Assembly: GCA_022823765.1 (NCBI GenBank)
Contig: JAJEHK010000255.1
Location: 1 to 50,929, forward strand
Source: Alphaproteobacteria bacterium
GTDB taxonomy: Bacteria > Pseudomonadota > Alphaproteobacteria > SP197
Reading direction: 5' to 3'
Length of the DNA stretch: 50,929 bases
Of the stretch, positions 1-9,333 are shown in pieces (the first letter of the stretch is position 1; every line of letters starts with the position of its first letter). The position numbers and the translations under genes are program-made. Under the pieces are notes generated by a model. It was given only the letters and a program-made list of their open reading frames with translations. It was not told the origin of the DNA and ran no database searches.

Positions 1-258
1 ATCCAGGAGGCATTCATCGAGGAGCAGGGGTTCCAGTGCGGGTTCTGCACGCCAGGGTTCATCATGACGGCCAAGGCCTTTCTCGACGAGAACCCGGATC
101 CCACCGAGGAAGAGGCCTCGATGGCCATGAGCGGCAACATCTGCCGTTGCGGGGCCCATCCCTACATCGTCAAGTCTGTTCTGAACGCCGCCGAAAGAAT
201 GCGGGAACGACACGGGTCGAAGCGAACAACGGGTTCGCGCGGACCTGTGGCCGCCTGA
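1..258 (+). CDS. (2Fe-2S)-binding small subunit of a xanthine dehydrogenase/aldehyde oxidase-family molybdoenzyme, 3' part (5' end outside window)
   Basis: Frame 1 is open from base 1: IQEAFIEEQGFQCGFCTPGFIMTAKAFL...SGNICRCGAHPYI. CGFCTPG and CRCG.H are the second-cluster Cys ligands of CoxS/XdhA-type subunits. Stop TGA at 256-258, 30 nt before the large-subunit gene. Confidence 0.9.
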   Translation: MQEAFIEEQGFQCGFCTPGFIMTAKAFLDENPDPTEEEASMAMSGNICRCGAHPYIVKSVLNAAERMRERHGSKRTTGSRGPVAA

Positions 259-288
259 AACCAACCCACTCGAACGGGAGTCGGTGAC

Positions 289-2667
289 ATGAACGTTCAT
301 CACAAGCCCAAGAAGTTCAAGATCGTCGGTCAGGGCATTCCGGTCATTGATGCCCGTGAGAAGGTCACCGGCTCGCTCGAGTACGGGGTCGACTTCGTTC
401 TTCCCCGGATGGTTCACGGCAAGATCAAGCGCAGTACCGTGCCCCATGCCCGGATCAAGCGCATTGACGCCACCAGGGCCATGGCGTTGCCTGGTGTCCT
501 TGGCGTGGTGACCCACGAGGACGCTCCCGGCCTCAACTGGATGGGGGTCTGGGACAACTACCGGGGGCAGATCCTGGACGGCATCTCGCGATTCGTCGGG
601 GACGAGGTCGCCGCGGTTGCCGCAACGTCGGTGGAGATTGCCGACGCCGCCCTTGATCTGATCGACGTCGAATACGAGCCCCTGCCCGCGGTTCTCGATG
701 TGGAGAAGGCGCTTCTCGACGACGCGCCACAGGTTCGCGAAGAGGGCAACGTGCGCGACGAGTATCGCGTAGTCTGGGGCGACCTTGAGGAAGGCGAGAG
801 CGAAGCCGATTACGTCATCGATCAGGAGATGCGCTACAAGGCGCAGAACTACGCGGGCATCGGGCGCAACGCCTGCGTCTGCGACTGGGACGGTGACCAG
901 GTGACCATGTGGACCTCGTCGCAGACGCCGTCGGAGCTGCAGACGGGCATTCATCAGGCCTTCGGGATTCCGATGAGCAACGTGCGGGTGGTGGCGCTTC
1001 CCTCGGGCTGCTCGTTCGGACTGTGGTGGAGCAACAACTTCATGATGGTGACGGCCCTTCTTGCGAAGAAGGTGCGCAAGCCGGTGAAGATCGAGTTGAC
1101 GAGCCAGGAATGCATGGCCGCCGTGAAGCGCCGCCACATCGAGATCACGCGCGGGCGCATGGGGGTGACGAAGGACGGCACGCTGACCATGGCGGACTTT
1201 TCTCACCTGATGGACAACGGCGCTTACGGCTTCAAGACGGACGTCTACTTCTTCTGCTGCGACCTCTGGGGAGGGGCGCGGAACGGCGACTACCGCGTGC
1301 GCGGTGTCAACACGAACCTCGTCACCTCGGGCTGCATGCGTGCTGTCGGCGATATCACGATGGGCCTGGCGGTCGAACGCCTTGCTGACAAGTGTGCTGA
1401 GACAGTCGACATGGATCCCCTCGAGTTCCGCATCAAGAACCAGATCAAGTCCGGTCAGCAGCTGCGGATGCAGGAACCGCGGCAACACATGAAGGGCAAT
1501 CTGACGGATTACATCGACGGTCTGACAGAGGAGCAGACGGGCAATTGGCCGAAGATGTTCCATCTCTCCAGCGGTTCGACACACGAACTCCTGCTCCAGG
1601 GAGCGGAGAAGTTCCGCTGGCGCGAGCGCTGGAAGGGCTGGGGCGTGCCGACCCGGGTGAAGGGTTCGAAGCGCTGGGGTGTCGGTGTCGGCACCGGCGC
1701 CCACTGCTGCGGCGTCGAGTTTGGCGGCAACACCTCATCGGTGGTGCGCGTGAACCATGACGGCAGCGTCAACGTCTTCAGTGCCGCCGGTCGCCAGGGC
1801 CAGGGCAGCGAGACCACACTTGTCCAGGTGGCCGCCGAAGAGATGGGCGTTCCCGTGGAGAAGGTCAGCATTGTCACCGGCGACACGTACGTTGTGCCGT
1901 GGGCCTCGGGATCTTCGGCCAGCACCACGATGTTCCGGACCGGATGGGCCACCAGGGAGGCATGCCGGGACGCAAAGACCCAGCTTCTGAAGATTGCCGC
2001 CAGGGAGTTCTTCGATGGAATCGACCACGAGAAGCTCGACATCGAGGATGGCATCATCCACGTGGCGGACGATCCGGCCGACAACCGCCGGGTGAGCATT
2101 GACGAGATGATGAACGTGCTCTGCTCGGATTCCCTGTCGCAGACCTCCGTGATCACGGGCCGGCCCAACGGGGTCATGCCGCCGACCATCGCCTTCGCGC
2201 GACAGTGGGCTGCCCAGTTCGCCGAGGTCGAGGTCGACGTCGGGACCGGCGAAATCAGGATCACGGACTATCTCGCCGGCCAGGACAGCGGCACCGTCAT
2301 GAATCCGAAGGTGCTGAAGAACCAGGTCATCGGCGGTGCGATCTGCGGTGCCGGTTTCGTGCTCTACGAGGGCATGGAGTTCGACCCCGCCGACGGCCGG
2401 GTCCTGAACGACAGTCTGCTCGACTACAAGCTTCTGCGCACCGGTGACTTTCCGTCCGACGTCGAGGTCTTCTTCGTCGAATCCCAGGATCCGGTCGGGC
2501 CCTTCGGTGCACGCGGTGCCGGTGAATCGCCGGCGGCCGCTGCCGGACCGGCGATCTGCCAGGCGGTGCACAATGCCATCGGCGTCTGGGTGGACGTCCC
2601 CATGACCCCCGAAGCCGTCATGCGGGCGATCAAGGAGAACACGGAGCCCGTGGCCCTGGCGTCCTGA
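289..2667 (+). CDS. molybdopterin-binding large subunit of a xanthine dehydrogenase/aldehyde oxidase-family enzyme (substrate unknown)
   Basis: 792-aa ORF immediately after the Fe-S subunit. N-terminal KIVGQGIPVIDAREKVTG..YGVD region and C-terminal FGARGAGESPAAAAGPAI motif are typical of CoxL/XdhB-type large subunits. I could not see CO-dehydrogenase active-site loop signatures. Confidence 0.85.
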   Translation: MNVHHKPKKFKIVGQGIPVIDAREKVTGSLEYGVDFVLPRMVHGKIKRSTVPHARIKRIDATRAMALPGVLGVVTHEDAPGLNWMGVWDNYRGQILDGISRFVGDEVAAVAATSVEIADAALDLIDVEYEPLPAVLDVEKALLDDAPQVREEGNVRDEYRVVWGDLEEGESEADYVIDQEMRYKAQNYAGIGRNACVCDWDGDQVTMWTSSQTPSELQTGIHQAFGIPMSNVRVVALPSGCSFGLWWSNNFMMVTALLAKKVRKPVKIELTSQECMAAVKRRHIEITRGRMGVTKDGTLTMADFSHLMDNGAYGFKTDVYFFCCDLWGGARNGDYRVRGVNTNLVTSGCMRAVGDITMGLAVERLADKCAETVDMDPLEFRIKNQIKSGQQLRMQEPRQHMKGNLTDYIDGLTEEQTGNWPKMFHLSSGSTHELLLQGAEKFRWRERWKGWGVPTRVKGSKRWGVGVGTGAHCCGVEFGGNTSSVVRVNHDGSVNVFSAAGRQGQGSETTLVQVAAEEMGVPVEKVSIVTGDTYVVPWASGSSASTTMFRTGWATREACRDAKTQLLKIAAREFFDGIDHEKLDIEDGIIHVADDPADNRRVSIDEMMNVLCSDSLSQTSVITGRPNGVMPPTIAFARQWAAQFAEVEVDVGTGEIRITDYLAGQDSGTVMNPKVLKNQVIGGAICGAGFVLYEGMEFDPADGRVLNDSLLDYKLLRTGDFPSDVEVFFVESQDPVGPFGARGAGESPAAAAGPAICQAVHNAIGVWVDVPMTPEAVMRAIKENTEPVALAS

Positions 2668-3042
2668 CGGGCTCCTGTCTGCCGGACGTGTTGCCCGCCT
2701 GCAGGCGTCTCGCCGGGTCATGCTTGCGGCCACTGGCGGCGGCGAGGTCGGGGATTGAAGGGTGCCGTTCCTTCAACCTGCGCAAGACGTGACCCGTCGC
2801 CAATCCGAACCCGGGCGCTCGGCCAGGCGATTTCCCGGTCCTTCGGGCTGCAGCATGTCGACCGCACCTCGTTGATTCGCCGGGTTCGGGGACCCTGACT
2901 GCGGGTGACGATCCCGGAGGCAGGTGCTGTCACCGATTGCGGCACGCGGCTGAACCGGAGTGAGTGGTGTGCGTCGGGCCATGGACGTTGCGTTGGCCCG
3001 GGCGATGGTCAAGTGTTCGAGATGACTGAGGGAGGTGGAGTC

Positions 3043-3315
3043 ATGAGGGTTCGCGCGGCCATCGTTGACAAGTTGAGGCGAGCGCTGGAGCCGGACGAGC
3101 TCGAGGTCTTCGACGAATCACACCTTCATGCCGGCCATGCCGGGGCCCGCGAGGAAGGCGAAAGCCACTTTCGCGTGCGCATTGTCTCGCCGGCTTTCGC
3201 CGGCCTCGGCCGTGTCGCCCGGCAGAGGCTTGTCTACCGTGCACTGGCCGAGGAGATGGCGAGCGACATTCACGCGCTGGCGATCGATGCGCGCGCTCCC
3301 GGCGAAACCCGTTGA
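3043..3315 (+). CDS. bolA: BolA family protein
   Basis: MRVRAAIVDKLRRALEPDELEVFDESHLHAGHAG...HFRVRIVSPAFAGL..V.RQRLVY.AL matches the BolA signature. ATG 3043 follows GGAGGTGGAG. The upstream part of the 2905 ORF looks non-coding. Confidence 0.85.
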   Translation: MRVRAAIVDKLRRALEPDELEVFDESHLHAGHAGAREEGESHFRVRIVSPAFAGLGRVARQRLVYRALAEEMASDIHALAIDARAPGETR

Positions 3316-4043
3316 GCCAGACGGCCAGGGACACATGACGAAATCCCCAGGCGAACGAGCGCGGTGTGCACCATGGCCTGGTTGCTCGTCACGACCGCCC
3401 GGTTCGTGCGCCGTTCGAGTTCGTCGATGATTTCGACGGCACGCATGTCGGTGCAGGAAAGGACGATGGCATCGGCATCGGCATGGCTGGCCCGCAGACC
3501 CAGTTCGAGAACGTCGGCCGGTGTGAGATCGCCCTGGCCGTAGCTCCCGAGGTCGCGGCCGACGTCGGCGGTGTTGACGACCTCGAAGCCGGCGTCATTG
3601 AGGAATGCCGCGCCCTCGAGATTGAGCGTCCTCGTGTATGGTGAGGCAAAGGCGACGCGCCGGGCATCGAGTTCCTCGAGGGCGCTGATGAGCGCACCGG
3701 CAGCCGTCACGGCGGGAACACCTGCCTCGGCCTCGATGGCATGGCGGAAGTCGCGATCCATGGCAGGCCCCGAGGCGAGCGTCGCCGATGTGCAGCCGTA
3801 GAGAAGGATATCGGGCCGCGCCGCCATGATGAGACCGAGCACATCACTCAGCCCGGCGCGGGCGAAACGGCGCATTTCGTCGGAATCGGGGATGCGGTCG
3901 AGATCGTAGCCACCGGCGCGCGTCACGTGAAAGGAGACACCAGGCGGGCGCAGCAGAGCGAGATCGGCCTCGAGATTGGTGTTCGAAAAGGGCGTTATGA
4001 CGCCGATGCGCGCCAGCCCGCGTGTATGAGAGGCCTTCATCAA
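3270..4043 (-). CDS. maleate cis-trans isomerase / arylmalonate decarboxylase family protein (Asp/Glu racemase superfamily)
   Basis: 257 aa with two Cys-Thr catalytic motifs (LYGCTSAT and LSCTDMR) and the RIGVITPFSNTN start typical of maleate isomerase-like enzymes. The 3' end overlaps the convergent bolA by 46 nt. Confidence 0.75.
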   Translation of the reverse strand: MMKASHTRGLARIGVITPFSNTNLEADLALLRPPGVSFHVTRAGGYDLDRIPDSDEMRRFARAGLSDVLGLIMAARPDILLYGCTSATLASGPAMDRDFRHAIEAEAGVPAVTAAGALISALEELDARRVAFASPYTRTLNLEGAAFLNDAGFEVVNTADVGRDLGSYGQGDLTPADVLELGLRASHADADAIVLSCTDMRAVEIIDELERRTNRAVVTSNQAMVHTALVRLGISSCVPGRLAQRVSPGARASIASA

Positions 4044-4621
4044 CCCTTGCCCGTGTACCAGTCAGGGAATTCCCTTTCGACCACCGGTCCGTCGGAGGCC
4101 CAGGCATGACAGCCATCGATGACCCAGGGTTTCCTTGTGCTGTCGACGGGTTTTCCGGAACGCCGGCGGCCATACATCGCCTGCATGGCGACGGTCCCCA
4201 GCCGGCCCAGCATCTCGGCGATGTGCGTGCATCCACGGGTGCCGCCGAAGAGATCGCGCACCTGGCGATTCCAGCCCGGTCCGATCCTCACGCCCACGAG
4301 CCCGGCGTAGTCGGGCTCGATGGCCGGACAGATGGCAAAGGGTGTCTTCTCCATCCTGACGGCAACGTCCCGGATTTCGAACGCGTGATCGACGGTGAGG
4401 CGCAGCCACATGCCGTGGATCGGATCTCCGGGCTCGATCGTTCCGCGGTCCCTGTTGGGTATCGCGTAGGTCTTGGTGTCGCTCAGGCTGGCTTCGAGAT
4501 CCCACAACCCGTCGTCGCGTTCGTAGGCCTCACAGAAAATCTGGCGTCTGTGAATGAGCCTCCGGGTATCAGGTTCCGGTGATGGCATGCCTCGGTCCGC
4601 GTCCATTGTGCATCGCAACAT
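4040..4621 (-). CDS. DUF2889 family protein
   Basis: 193 aa with R..IH.R.I.CEAYERDDGLWDLEA and GGTRGCTHIAEML motifs, recalled from DUF2889. Its stop overlaps the start of the isomerase gene by 4 nt, so they form an operon. Exact start (M1/M6/M12) is uncertain. Confidence 0.6.
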   Translation of the reverse strand: MLRCTMDADRGMPSPEPDTRRLIHRRQIFCEAYERDDGLWDLEASLSDTKTYAIPNRDRGTIEPGDPIHGMWLRLTVDHAFEIRDVAVRMEKTPFAICPAIEPDYAGLVGVRIGPGWNRQVRDLFGGTRGCTHIAEMLGRLGTVAMQAMYGRRRSGKPVDSTRKPWVIDGCHAWASDGPVVEREFPDWYTGKG

Positions 4622-4651
4622 TGACGGTGCCTCGCCCGTATTGCAAGAGAC

Positions 4652-5554
4652 TCACGGGCCCGTCCCTGCCATCCACCAGGCCAGCGGAATGATGGCCGGC
4701 AAGAGGCAGAGGACCGCGACGGTCGACACGACGACATAGCTTGCCACCTCGTCCGGCGAACGGTTGTAGCGCACCGACGCAAGGTAGTTGAAGACCGCTC
4801 CGGGCATCACGCAGCAGATCACCACCACTCCGCGCGCCGTTCCGTCAAGGCCGAGGATGGCGATGAGGGCCCACGCCACGCCCAGCCCGGCGACGACCCG
4901 CAGGATCGCCAGCACCAGGGGACGGGCGATGGTGGACACCCTGAACCGGGCGAGGGACGTACCGAGCAGGATCAGCATCATGGGAATGGTCAGTCCGCCC
5001 ACCAGATCCGTGGTGTTGGTAAGCCAGGTTGGCGGTGCGGTTCCGGAAAGGGTGAAGGCCAGCGCCACGGCGATGGCGTAGACATGGGGCGTCTTGGCGA
5101 TCATGCCAAGCGAGGCCCGTCCGGACATCAGCCAGAAGTGGACGGTGAAGAAGAGCACCGACTGTGTGGCAAACATGATGAGGCCGAGCTCGAGGCCGGC
5201 ATCGCCGAAGGCAAAGAGATTGAGCGGCAGGCCGAGATTGCCGAGATTGCCGAACACGACCGGCGGCAGGAAGACACCCGCCGGCAGGGCCGTCAGCCTG
5301 ATCAGCAGACGACCCGATGCCAGAAACGCGCCGATCATGAGCAGGGCGGCGAGAACCATGATCCCGAGTTCCACGGCCGGCACGACGAGCGTCGAGAGCG
5401 TCGAAAACACGAGGCACGGAGTGCCGACATTGAGGATGACCGGTGTCAACCGGTCGGGTTCAACCGGCCTCCCCCAGCGAGCCCAGGCCACTCCGACGAG
5501 GATCGTTGCCAGGACCGGAACGAGGACCGGTACCAGCGCATCGACAAGGGCCAA
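4652..5554 (-). CDS. AEC (auxin efflux carrier) family transporter
   Basis: 300-aa polytopic membrane protein. Its two halves of hydrophobic helices and length match AEC/MalT-like permeases. Confidence 0.7.
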   Translation of the reverse strand: MALVDALVPVLVPVLATILVGVAWARWGRPVEPDRLTPVILNVGTPCLVFSTLSTLVVPAVELGIMVLAALLMIGAFLASGRLLIRLTALPAGVFLPPVVFGNLGNLGLPLNLFAFGDAGLELGLIMFATQSVLFFTVHFWLMSGRASLGMIAKTPHVYAIAVALAFTLSGTAPPTWLTNTTDLVGGLTIPMMLILLGTSLARFRVSTIARPLVLAILRVVAGLGVAWALIAILGLDGTARGVVVICCVMPGAVFNYLASVRYNRSPDEVASYVVVSTVAVLCLLPAIIPLAWWMAGTGP

Positions 5555-5567
5555 GAGTCCGCTCCGG

Positions 5568-6845
5568 TCAGTCTTCGGACGTCTCTCCGGTGGGGGGTGT
5601 CACGCGCAGCTGGACAATCTGGTTGCGTTGGCGCTCAAGCACCTCGAAGCGAAAGTTGTGGAACTCGAAGACCTGTCCGGCATCCGGAATCTGCTGGGCC
5701 TCCTGAATCACCAGGCCGGCGATGGTGATGGCGCCGTCTTCCGGGAGATTCCAGTCGAACTCCCGGTTGAGGTCGCGGATGGTGGCGGCGCCGTTCAGTA
5801 TCAGGGTTCCGTCCTCGCCGATCTTCGCATCGACCTCCGGGACATCGTGCTCATCCTCGATGTCGCCGACGATCTCCTCGAGGATGTCCTCGAGTGTGAC
5901 GACTCCCATGATGCCGCCGTACTGGTCAACGACGACCGCGAAGTGGAGCTGACGCTCGCGGAACACGGTCAGTTGTTCGCTCAGCGACGTGGTGTCCGGC
6001 GCGAACCATGGTTCAGTGGCAACCTCCTTGATGTCGAACACGCCCTTGTCGCGGTGGCGATAGAGTGCACGCGCGAGACTCTTGGCGTGCAGGATGCCGA
6101 CGATGTTGTCGGGATCGTCGCGCCACAGGGGGATGCGTGTGTGGGAGCTCGCCAACGCCGCCTCGATGATGTTCTCCAGAGGCTCGTCGGCATTGATGGT
6201 CTCCATGGAACGACGGTGGGTCATGACTTCGCCGATGACGACGTCCGAGAGATCGAGGACACCGTCGAGCATGGCATGCTGGTCCTTCACCAGTCCGCCT
6301 TCGTGCCGGTAGAGATCGAGGATGCTCCGCAGTTCCTCGTCCGAGGGAATCGTCTCGTCACGGGAATCCCGGGCTCCGGCAAGGCGGAACATGATCTGGA
6401 CCACTCCCTGGAGCGCCCAGGTGAGTGGCTGGGCCAGCCACACGACGCCTCTCATGAAGGGGGCGACGGTGAGGGCGACGAACTCGGCGTTCCTGATGGC
6501 GTAGGTCTTGGGCATGATCTCGGCAAAGATCACCACCACGACGGTCATGGCGGCGATGGCGTAGGCAACGCCGGCCTCGCCCACCAGCGCCGTGAAGACG
6601 TAGGTGGCCATCGATGCCACGGCGATGTTGAAGAGATTGTTCCCGATCAGAATGGCGCTGATCAGGTGTTCGCGGTCCTCCATCAGTGCGGTCGCCCGCG
6701 CCGCCCTTCGATCCCCGGCAAGCCCGAGGCCGTGAATCCTGGACCGATTGGCTGCGGTCAGCGCCGTTTCGGAGCCCGAAAACACGGCCGAAAAGACAAG
6801 AAGGACCACAATCAGGACGAAGTAGACTTCCAGGAGATCAGTCAT
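5568..6845 (-). CDS. HlyC/CorC family transporter (DUF21-CBS pair-CorC_HlyC)
   Basis: 425 aa. N-terminal SGSETALTA DUF21 membrane region, central CBS pair (V.EVMT.R, AVVVDQYGGIMGVVTLEDILEEIVGDIEDE) and a C-terminal transporter-associated domain. Confidence 0.9.
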   Translation of the reverse strand: MTDLLEVYFVLIVVLLVFSAVFSGSETALTAANRSRIHGLGLAGDRRAARATALMEDREHLISAILIGNNLFNIAVASMATYVFTALVGEAGVAYAIAAMTVVVVIFAEIMPKTYAIRNAEFVALTVAPFMRGVVWLAQPLTWALQGVVQIMFRLAGARDSRDETIPSDEELRSILDLYRHEGGLVKDQHAMLDGVLDLSDVVIGEVMTHRRSMETINADEPLENIIEAALASSHTRIPLWRDDPDNIVGILHAKSLARALYRHRDKGVFDIKEVATEPWFAPDTTSLSEQLTVFRERQLHFAVVVDQYGGIMGVVTLEDILEEIVGDIEDEHDVPEVDAKIGEDGTLILNGAATIRDLNREFDWNLPEDGAITIAGLVIQEAQQIPDAGQVFEFHNFRFEVLERQRNQIVQLRVTPPTGETSED

Positions 6846-6935
6846 CGTGTGCCATCCGCAAGGTGCGTTTTGAGTGTGTCAGGTTCTGTCTTGCGGCGTA
6901 GCTGATCCGCAAGACGGTGGGTTGCCCGCCGGTCG

Positions 6936-7418
6936 ATGACCGGCAACGATGGATCGTCATCAACGCAAGGGAGCATTGTCTTGTCCGTTCTCAGCGACCC
7001 CGAAGACTGGTGGATGTCCCCCGTCGACTATGCCCGGCGGCTCAGCGGATTGACCGTCAATCTTCTTTCGCGTGATGTCGAGGCCGTCGTGCCGTTCCAC
7101 ACCCGTGTGCTGGGAGCGACGGCGGAGTATGTCTGTGTGGACTTCGCGTCCTTTGCCTTTGGCGAGGCCACGTGGATGGTGCATGCCGATCACACCTATG
7201 ACGGACACCCGCTGCTTGCCAGTCTTGGTGCCGGTCACATGCGAGGGGTCGGCGCCGAACTGCGTCTCCATGGCCGTGATCCGGATGCGGCCTGTCAGGC
7301 GGCCGGAGAACTTGGTGCCACCATCATCGAACCGGCGACCACCAAGCCCCACGGCACGCGCGAAGCCTTCATCCTGGACCCCGATGGCTACCTCTGGGTG
7401 CCAGACATCCTTGCCTGA
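6936..7418 (+). CDS. VOC (glyoxalase/bleomycin resistance/dioxygenase) family protein
   Basis: 160-aa ORF ending in HGTREAFILDPDGYLWVP, the typical VOC C-terminal strand. The true start may be an internal Met. Confidence 0.65.
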   Translation: MTGNDGSSSTQGSIVLSVLSDPEDWWMSPVDYARRLSGLTVNLLSRDVEAVVPFHTRVLGATAEYVCVDFASFAFGEATWMVHADHTYDGHPLLASLGAGHMRGVGAELRLHGRDPDAACQAAGELGATIIEPATTKPHGTREAFILDPDGYLWVPDILA

Positions 7419-7453
7419 TTGAGCGGTCTCGCTGGGTGCCAGGTCCTGCACGA

Positions 7454-8575
7454 TCACGTCGTCCGGGCCAGTGTCGATGCCAGGAACTCCTCGACCCTGT
7501 GGAGAGCGACATCGCGGGTCAGGAAGGCCTCGCCGATGCCCCGCACAAGGACGAATGCAACCCTGCCCCCGGCTACCTTCTTGTCCTGGGCCATGTGGTG
7601 CACGAGCTCTCCGGCATCGAGGGTTCCGATCCCGAGTCCGGCAGGGTGGACAGGCAATCCGGTCCGGGCAAGGTGATGGCGCACGCGGACGGCATCTGCG
7701 GCCGGACACAATCCGAGATCGACGGAAAGATCGAACGCCATGACCATGCCGATGGCAACTGCCTCGCCGTGAAGCAGACGACCGTCGTAGCCGCAGGCTG
7801 TTTCCAGGGCATGGGCGAATGTGTGTCCGAGATTGAGGAGGGCTCTCCCCGCGTCTTCCCTTTCGTCCCGGGCGACGATTGCCGCCTTGGCGGCGCAGCT
7901 CTCCTCGACGGCGTGCTGCAGGTGGAAAGCGCTGCCGGACAGCACTGACTCACCGTGATCCTCCAACCATTCGAAGAAGGACCGGTTGCCGAGAAGACCG
8001 TACTTCACCACTTCGGCGTAGCCGGCGCGCCGCTCACGTGGCGGCAGTGTCGCCAGCACTTCCGTGTCGGCGAGAACCAGAAGTGGCTGGTGGAACGTAC
8101 CGACGAGATTCTTGCCGTGACGCGTGTCGATACCGGTCTTTCCGCCGACGGAGCTGTCCACCTGGGCGAGCAGGGTGGTGGGGATCTGGACGAGAGAGAC
8201 GCCGCGGCGCAGCAGGCTCGCCGACAGCCCGGCCAGATCGCCGATGACTCCGCCGCCAAGCGCCACCACGCCGTCGCCACGCTCGATCCCCGCATCGAGG
8301 AGATCGTCAAGCAGGTTCTCGAGATGACGGAATGACTTGGTCTTCTCCCCCGGTGGCAGGATCACGTTGTGACAGCGTATACCGGCCCGCACCAGGGACG
8401 CTTCCAGGGTTGCGAGATGGAGACCGGCGACGGTCTCGTCGGTGACCACCGCAACGCACCCCGGACCCCAGGCGGTGGCGATGCGCTGCCCCGCTTCCTC
8501 GAGAAGGCCCTGGCCGATGACGATGTCATACGTCCGCTCGCCGAGCGGAACACGGATCACTGCCGGGTCTGTCAT
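7454..8575 (-). CDS. aroB: 3-dehydroquinate synthase
   Basis: 373 aa with GGGVIGDLAG, GGKTGID, NLGHTFAHALE and LLHGEAVAIGM motifs. Start overlaps the aroK stop by 4 nt. Confidence 0.95.
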   Translation of the reverse strand: MTDPAVIRVPLGERTYDIVIGQGLLEEAGQRIATAWGPGCVAVVTDETVAGLHLATLEASLVRAGIRCHNVILPPGEKTKSFRHLENLLDDLLDAGIERGDGVVALGGGVIGDLAGLSASLLRRGVSLVQIPTTLLAQVDSSVGGKTGIDTRHGKNLVGTFHQPLLVLADTEVLATLPPRERRAGYAEVVKYGLLGNRSFFEWLEDHGESVLSGSAFHLQHAVEESCAAKAAIVARDEREDAGRALLNLGHTFAHALETACGYDGRLLHGEAVAIGMVMAFDLSVDLGLCPAADAVRVRHHLARTGLPVHPAGLGIGTLDAGELVHHMAQDKKVAGGRVAFVLVRGIGEAFLTRDVALHRVEEFLASTLARTT

Positions 8576-9099
8576 CGTGCCTGGTGCCCCTTCAGGGCCC
8601 GGATGATGTTCCGGGCCACCACATCCTCATCATCAATATCACTGTCGACGACCGTCGTGGCGAGAGCATAGACCGGAGAGCGTTCCTCGATCAGCCTCTC
8701 GAGGATGACAAGGGGATCTCCGCGGGAGAGCAGGGGTCGCGTGCGATCGGTGCCGACGCGGCGCAGGAGGGTGTCGGGACCGGCGCGCAGCCACACCGTG
8801 TGAGCTTCCTTCAGGATGTGATCCCGCGTCGCCTCGTTCATGAGAGCACCGCCACCGGAAGCGATGACACCCGGACCGGATCGCAGCAGGCGCATGATGA
8901 CGCGGTGCTCGGCGCTGCGGAACTCCCTCTCGCCGTACCGCTCGAAGATGTCTGCCACCGAAGCTCCTGCCGCCTTCTCGATCTCCTCGTCCGAATCCCT
9001 GAAGGGAAGGGCGAGCCTCGCTGCCAGGCGCCTGCCCACACTCGTCTTTCCTGCGCCCATCATCCCGACAAGGACGATGGGCCGGTCTGCCTTCACCAC
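8572..9099 (-). CDS. aroK: shikimate kinase
   Basis: 175 aa. Walker A GMMGAGKTSVG, FRDSD, SGGGA motifs. Lies upstream of and coupled to aroB. Confidence 0.95.
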   Translation of the reverse strand: MVKADRPIVLVGMMGAGKTSVGRRLAARLALPFRDSDEEIEKAAGASVADIFERYGEREFRSAEHRVIMRLLRSGPGVIASGGGALMNEATRDHILKEAHTVWLRAGPDTLLRRVGTDRTRPLLSRGDPLVILERLIEERSPVYALATTVVDSDIDDEDVVARNIIRALKGHQAR

Positions 9100-9192
9100 G
9101 CCTTCTCCGGCGGCAACAATTGCCGCATCCCTGCCATAAACGTATAGATTGTACTTCCTGATGTGTTCAACGTTCTACGACTGCGCCCAGCC

Positions 9193-9333
9193 ATGCGATT
9201 GATCAAGCGCTTCCTCATCCTGATGGTTCTCCTCGCCGTTGCGGGCGGAGCCGGTTACCTCGCCGTGTGGGACATCCAGTCCCCGATGCGCACGATTGTC
9301 GAGGATGTTCCCGATGACAGGTTTGACAACTAG
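9193..9333 (+). CDS. small single-pass membrane protein (46 aa), below the ORF-track length cutoff
   Basis: My own translation: MRLIKRFLILMVLLAVAGGAGYLAVWDIQSPMRTIVEDVPDDRFDN*, with TAG at 9331-9333. It has one clear TM helix and sits in the divergent aroK/xerD-side gap. Confidence 0.45.
   Translation: MRLIKRFLILMVLLAVAGGAGYLAVWDIQSPMRTIVEDVPDDRFDN

Noticed and set aside
1735-2733. 332-aa minus-strand ORF, plus several 60-250-aa ORFs, inside the molybdoenzyme large-subunit gene
   Set aside because: They lie entirely antisense to or out of frame with a motif-supported 792-aa gene. Their Arg/Gly/Pro-rich low-complexity translations are typical of shadow ORFs in GC-rich DNA.
2668-3042. Gene or RNA in the 375-nt gap before bolA (including the 75-aa minus ORF 2718-2945)
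   Set aside because: Hand-counted GC3 of the ORF is about 68 percent, which is background. Only a short hairpin is visible (TTGAAGG...CCTTCAA, about 2754-2776), probably a terminator for the upstream operon.
5094-6905. 603-aa plus-strand ORF
   Set aside because: It is antisense to two well-supported membrane transporter genes (AEC and CorC families). It has no motifs and an Arg/Gly-rich composition.
6888-6915. 9-bp inverted repeat GTCTTGCGG/CCGCAAGAC between the CorC-family and VOC genes
   Set aside because: It is a real hairpin or palindrome, but I cannot assign a function (operator versus 5' UTR structure), and it is a single copy in the window.
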